From Octopus sinensis (taxonomy: Eukaryota): a stretch of DNA of 64,000 nucleotides. Below the pieces are notes generated by a model. The model was not told the DNA's origin, did not search any database, and saw nothing but the letters and a program-made list of their open reading frames with translations. The stretch is taken from contig NC_043003.1 in the NCBI RefSeq assembly GCF_006345805.1, positions 37,758,001 to 37,822,000 on the forward strand, in the 5' to 3' direction. How positions within the stretch are numbered: the stretch's first letter is position 1; each line of letters begins with the position of its first letter. Both the position numbers and the translations under genes were made by a program. This document shows, in pieces, positions 61,991-64,000 of this stretch.

Positions 61991-63477
61991 CAGGCTAATG
62001 AGGTAGTTATGAAGTAGTTTCTCAGCCTGCTAGAAATAGCAGCCAAAATTACATTGAATCACATCCAACCATCTTTTAAAAAATGATGAGAAAGGACACA
62101 TCAGATAACAAACTATTTGATACATGAAAAAGCAAATGATCATGGCTAGAATGATTTTGATCATGTCTGCTCAATCTCAAAGAACTGACCAGAGGTTAAA
62201 CAAAAACAACTTCATTACACACACACAAAGTTAACATTCTCACGGATAAAGAAAATAAATTATTACCTACTAAAATATAACATAATTACTTTCAACCATA
62301 TAATTATGCTAAGTTTAGTCATACATATGCTATATGTGAATCATCCTGAAATCTCTTGAAATAATTCAAGAGAATTTATGGTATCCAACTAATTTATCTA
62401 ATTCAGGGTCATAGAATCTGGGGTAACTCATTCAATTTAACCTCTGCTCATTGTCAATTTTTAGGCATTTTTCTCCAGTTGCCATCTCTACTTTCATGCT
62501 TAACTTCTCTGGGTCCTGTTCTTATAAAAGAAGCAGGTATGCACATGCAGAAGTTATCCTTTAGTGGAAGTTGACTACTGGAATCATCATCATCATCATC
62601 ATCGTTTAACGTCCGCTTTCCATGCTAGCATGGGTTGGAATGTAATATTCTATGCTTAGAAAAGTAATGGAATAGAAGACACTATCTCACTTAGGAATTT
62701 ATTGTAATGCTTGACATCTTTAAGTGATATAGTTAAGTTCCCAGTGTCAGACTCACCGTTTGCTAATCCTGTTCCAGTTCCCAATAAAATTCCCATATAT
62801 CAATTTTCATTCCACAACAATACTACTTTTGAAGATGTAGAACTTTCTGAGTTATCAAAGCAGGGAATATCATTTCATTTATTCTGCTTCCCAAGAGTGA
62901 AACAGGTGGAAATTTCAGGCAAGTAAAATTTGGCAACACTAGAGTGAGGTTAAGAGCCATTAAATTTTATATCAGGACATGAAAGTGTGTCCAAGTATTA
63001 TATCCAAGCAGAAACTGTTATTTGCATAACTTTTCAGCAAATACAAGGGGATGCTGAAAAGTTCCTGGTTTTAGGTAAAAAAAAAAAAAAATACAGAAGG
63101 GTTAGTTATGATTTTATGCAAAATATTCTCCTCTCAGATTCACACACTTACTGCAGCAGTCCAGTTTTCCTAAGCCCTGTAAAAGAACTTGGAAAGTTGG
63201 GCCTCCAACCAAGCCTTTCACAATACCCTTAAAGCCAGGAACCTTTTTAGTGCCCCCTCGTATAGCACAGTGAATTTGTATATTCTTGTAATTTGAACAT
63301 AAACTGCTTTGATGCCATTTTGTTTAGCAATATCAACTTGAGGCCATTGCTTACACTTAATAAACCCAAGCTGGCACTGATTGATTGAAATTCACTATAT
63401 TGATAAATGCACAATCCAAAAGATGTTTCAATGAAACTGAAAATCTGGAATGTAAGACAAGTTTGCCAATACCATTT

Positions 63478-63825
63478 TTACTTGTTTCAGGCATTGGACT
63501 GCAGTCATGTTGGGGCACTTCCTTGAAGAGTTTAGTCAAACAAATCAATCTCAGCACTTATCTTTTTAAGTTTGGTACTTATTTCAAGTTATGAAAACAT
63601 AAACAAACCATCACTGGTTGTCAAGTGGAGGAGCTAAACAAACATACATATACACACATATGATGGTCTTCAACACAGTTTCTGTCTACCAAATTGACAA
63701 ACAAGACATTGTCAGCCTGAAGCTAAAATAGAAGACATTTTCCCAAGGTATTGTACAGTGGGACTGAACCTGAAATCATTTGGATGCAAAACAAGCTTCT
63801 TAACCACACAACCATGCCGGCACCC
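63478..63825 (-). mobile_element. Family A SINE, diverged
   Basis: ttttacttgtttcaggcattggactgcagtcatg...gtgggactgaacc...cttcttaaccacaca. Confidence 0.75.
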
Positions 63826-64000
63826 ATAATTTCAAAAGTATTGAACTGAGTGACTCCCTATTCTATTTCTTTTCCAGTACTTCAACATCCCTTACTAAAC
63901 AACTGCATTTACATATGCATACAGTCAAAACTAATTCTTTAGAAGATGAAGCTGAACAACCAGAATGACAAGTTTGCCTATGTTTCCCTTTTCTAACAGA

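Overview
AT-rich, repeat-dense eukaryotic DNA. The tRNA-derived SINE, RTE, CR1 and MITE families are ones I recognise from Octopus genomes, so this is most likely an octopod cephalopod; that is recognition from memory, not a database result. No intact host protein-coding gene could be supported. Nearly all listed ORFs are microsatellite or SINE artefacts or decayed transposon fragments: a Gypsy integrase, CR1 and RTE ORF2 ends, a Penelope-like RT, a mariner transposase and a FLYWCH/MULE transposase. The window looks like large introns or intergenic DNA with a CpG-retaining, promoter-like island at about 4.1-6.5 kb. The most interesting signal is a set of short Penelope-like repeats carrying minimal type I hammerhead-ribozyme-like folds. 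Each family has a different non-canonical core: a compensatory G3-C8 swap (two copies), an A6U variant, and a possible A13C variant inside a 256-bp fold-back. Other notable items are an LTR pair with strongly asymmetric CpG decay across the island boundary and an 87-nt pre-miRNA-like hairpin. Coordinates of diverged repeats are approximate (about 10-20 bp).
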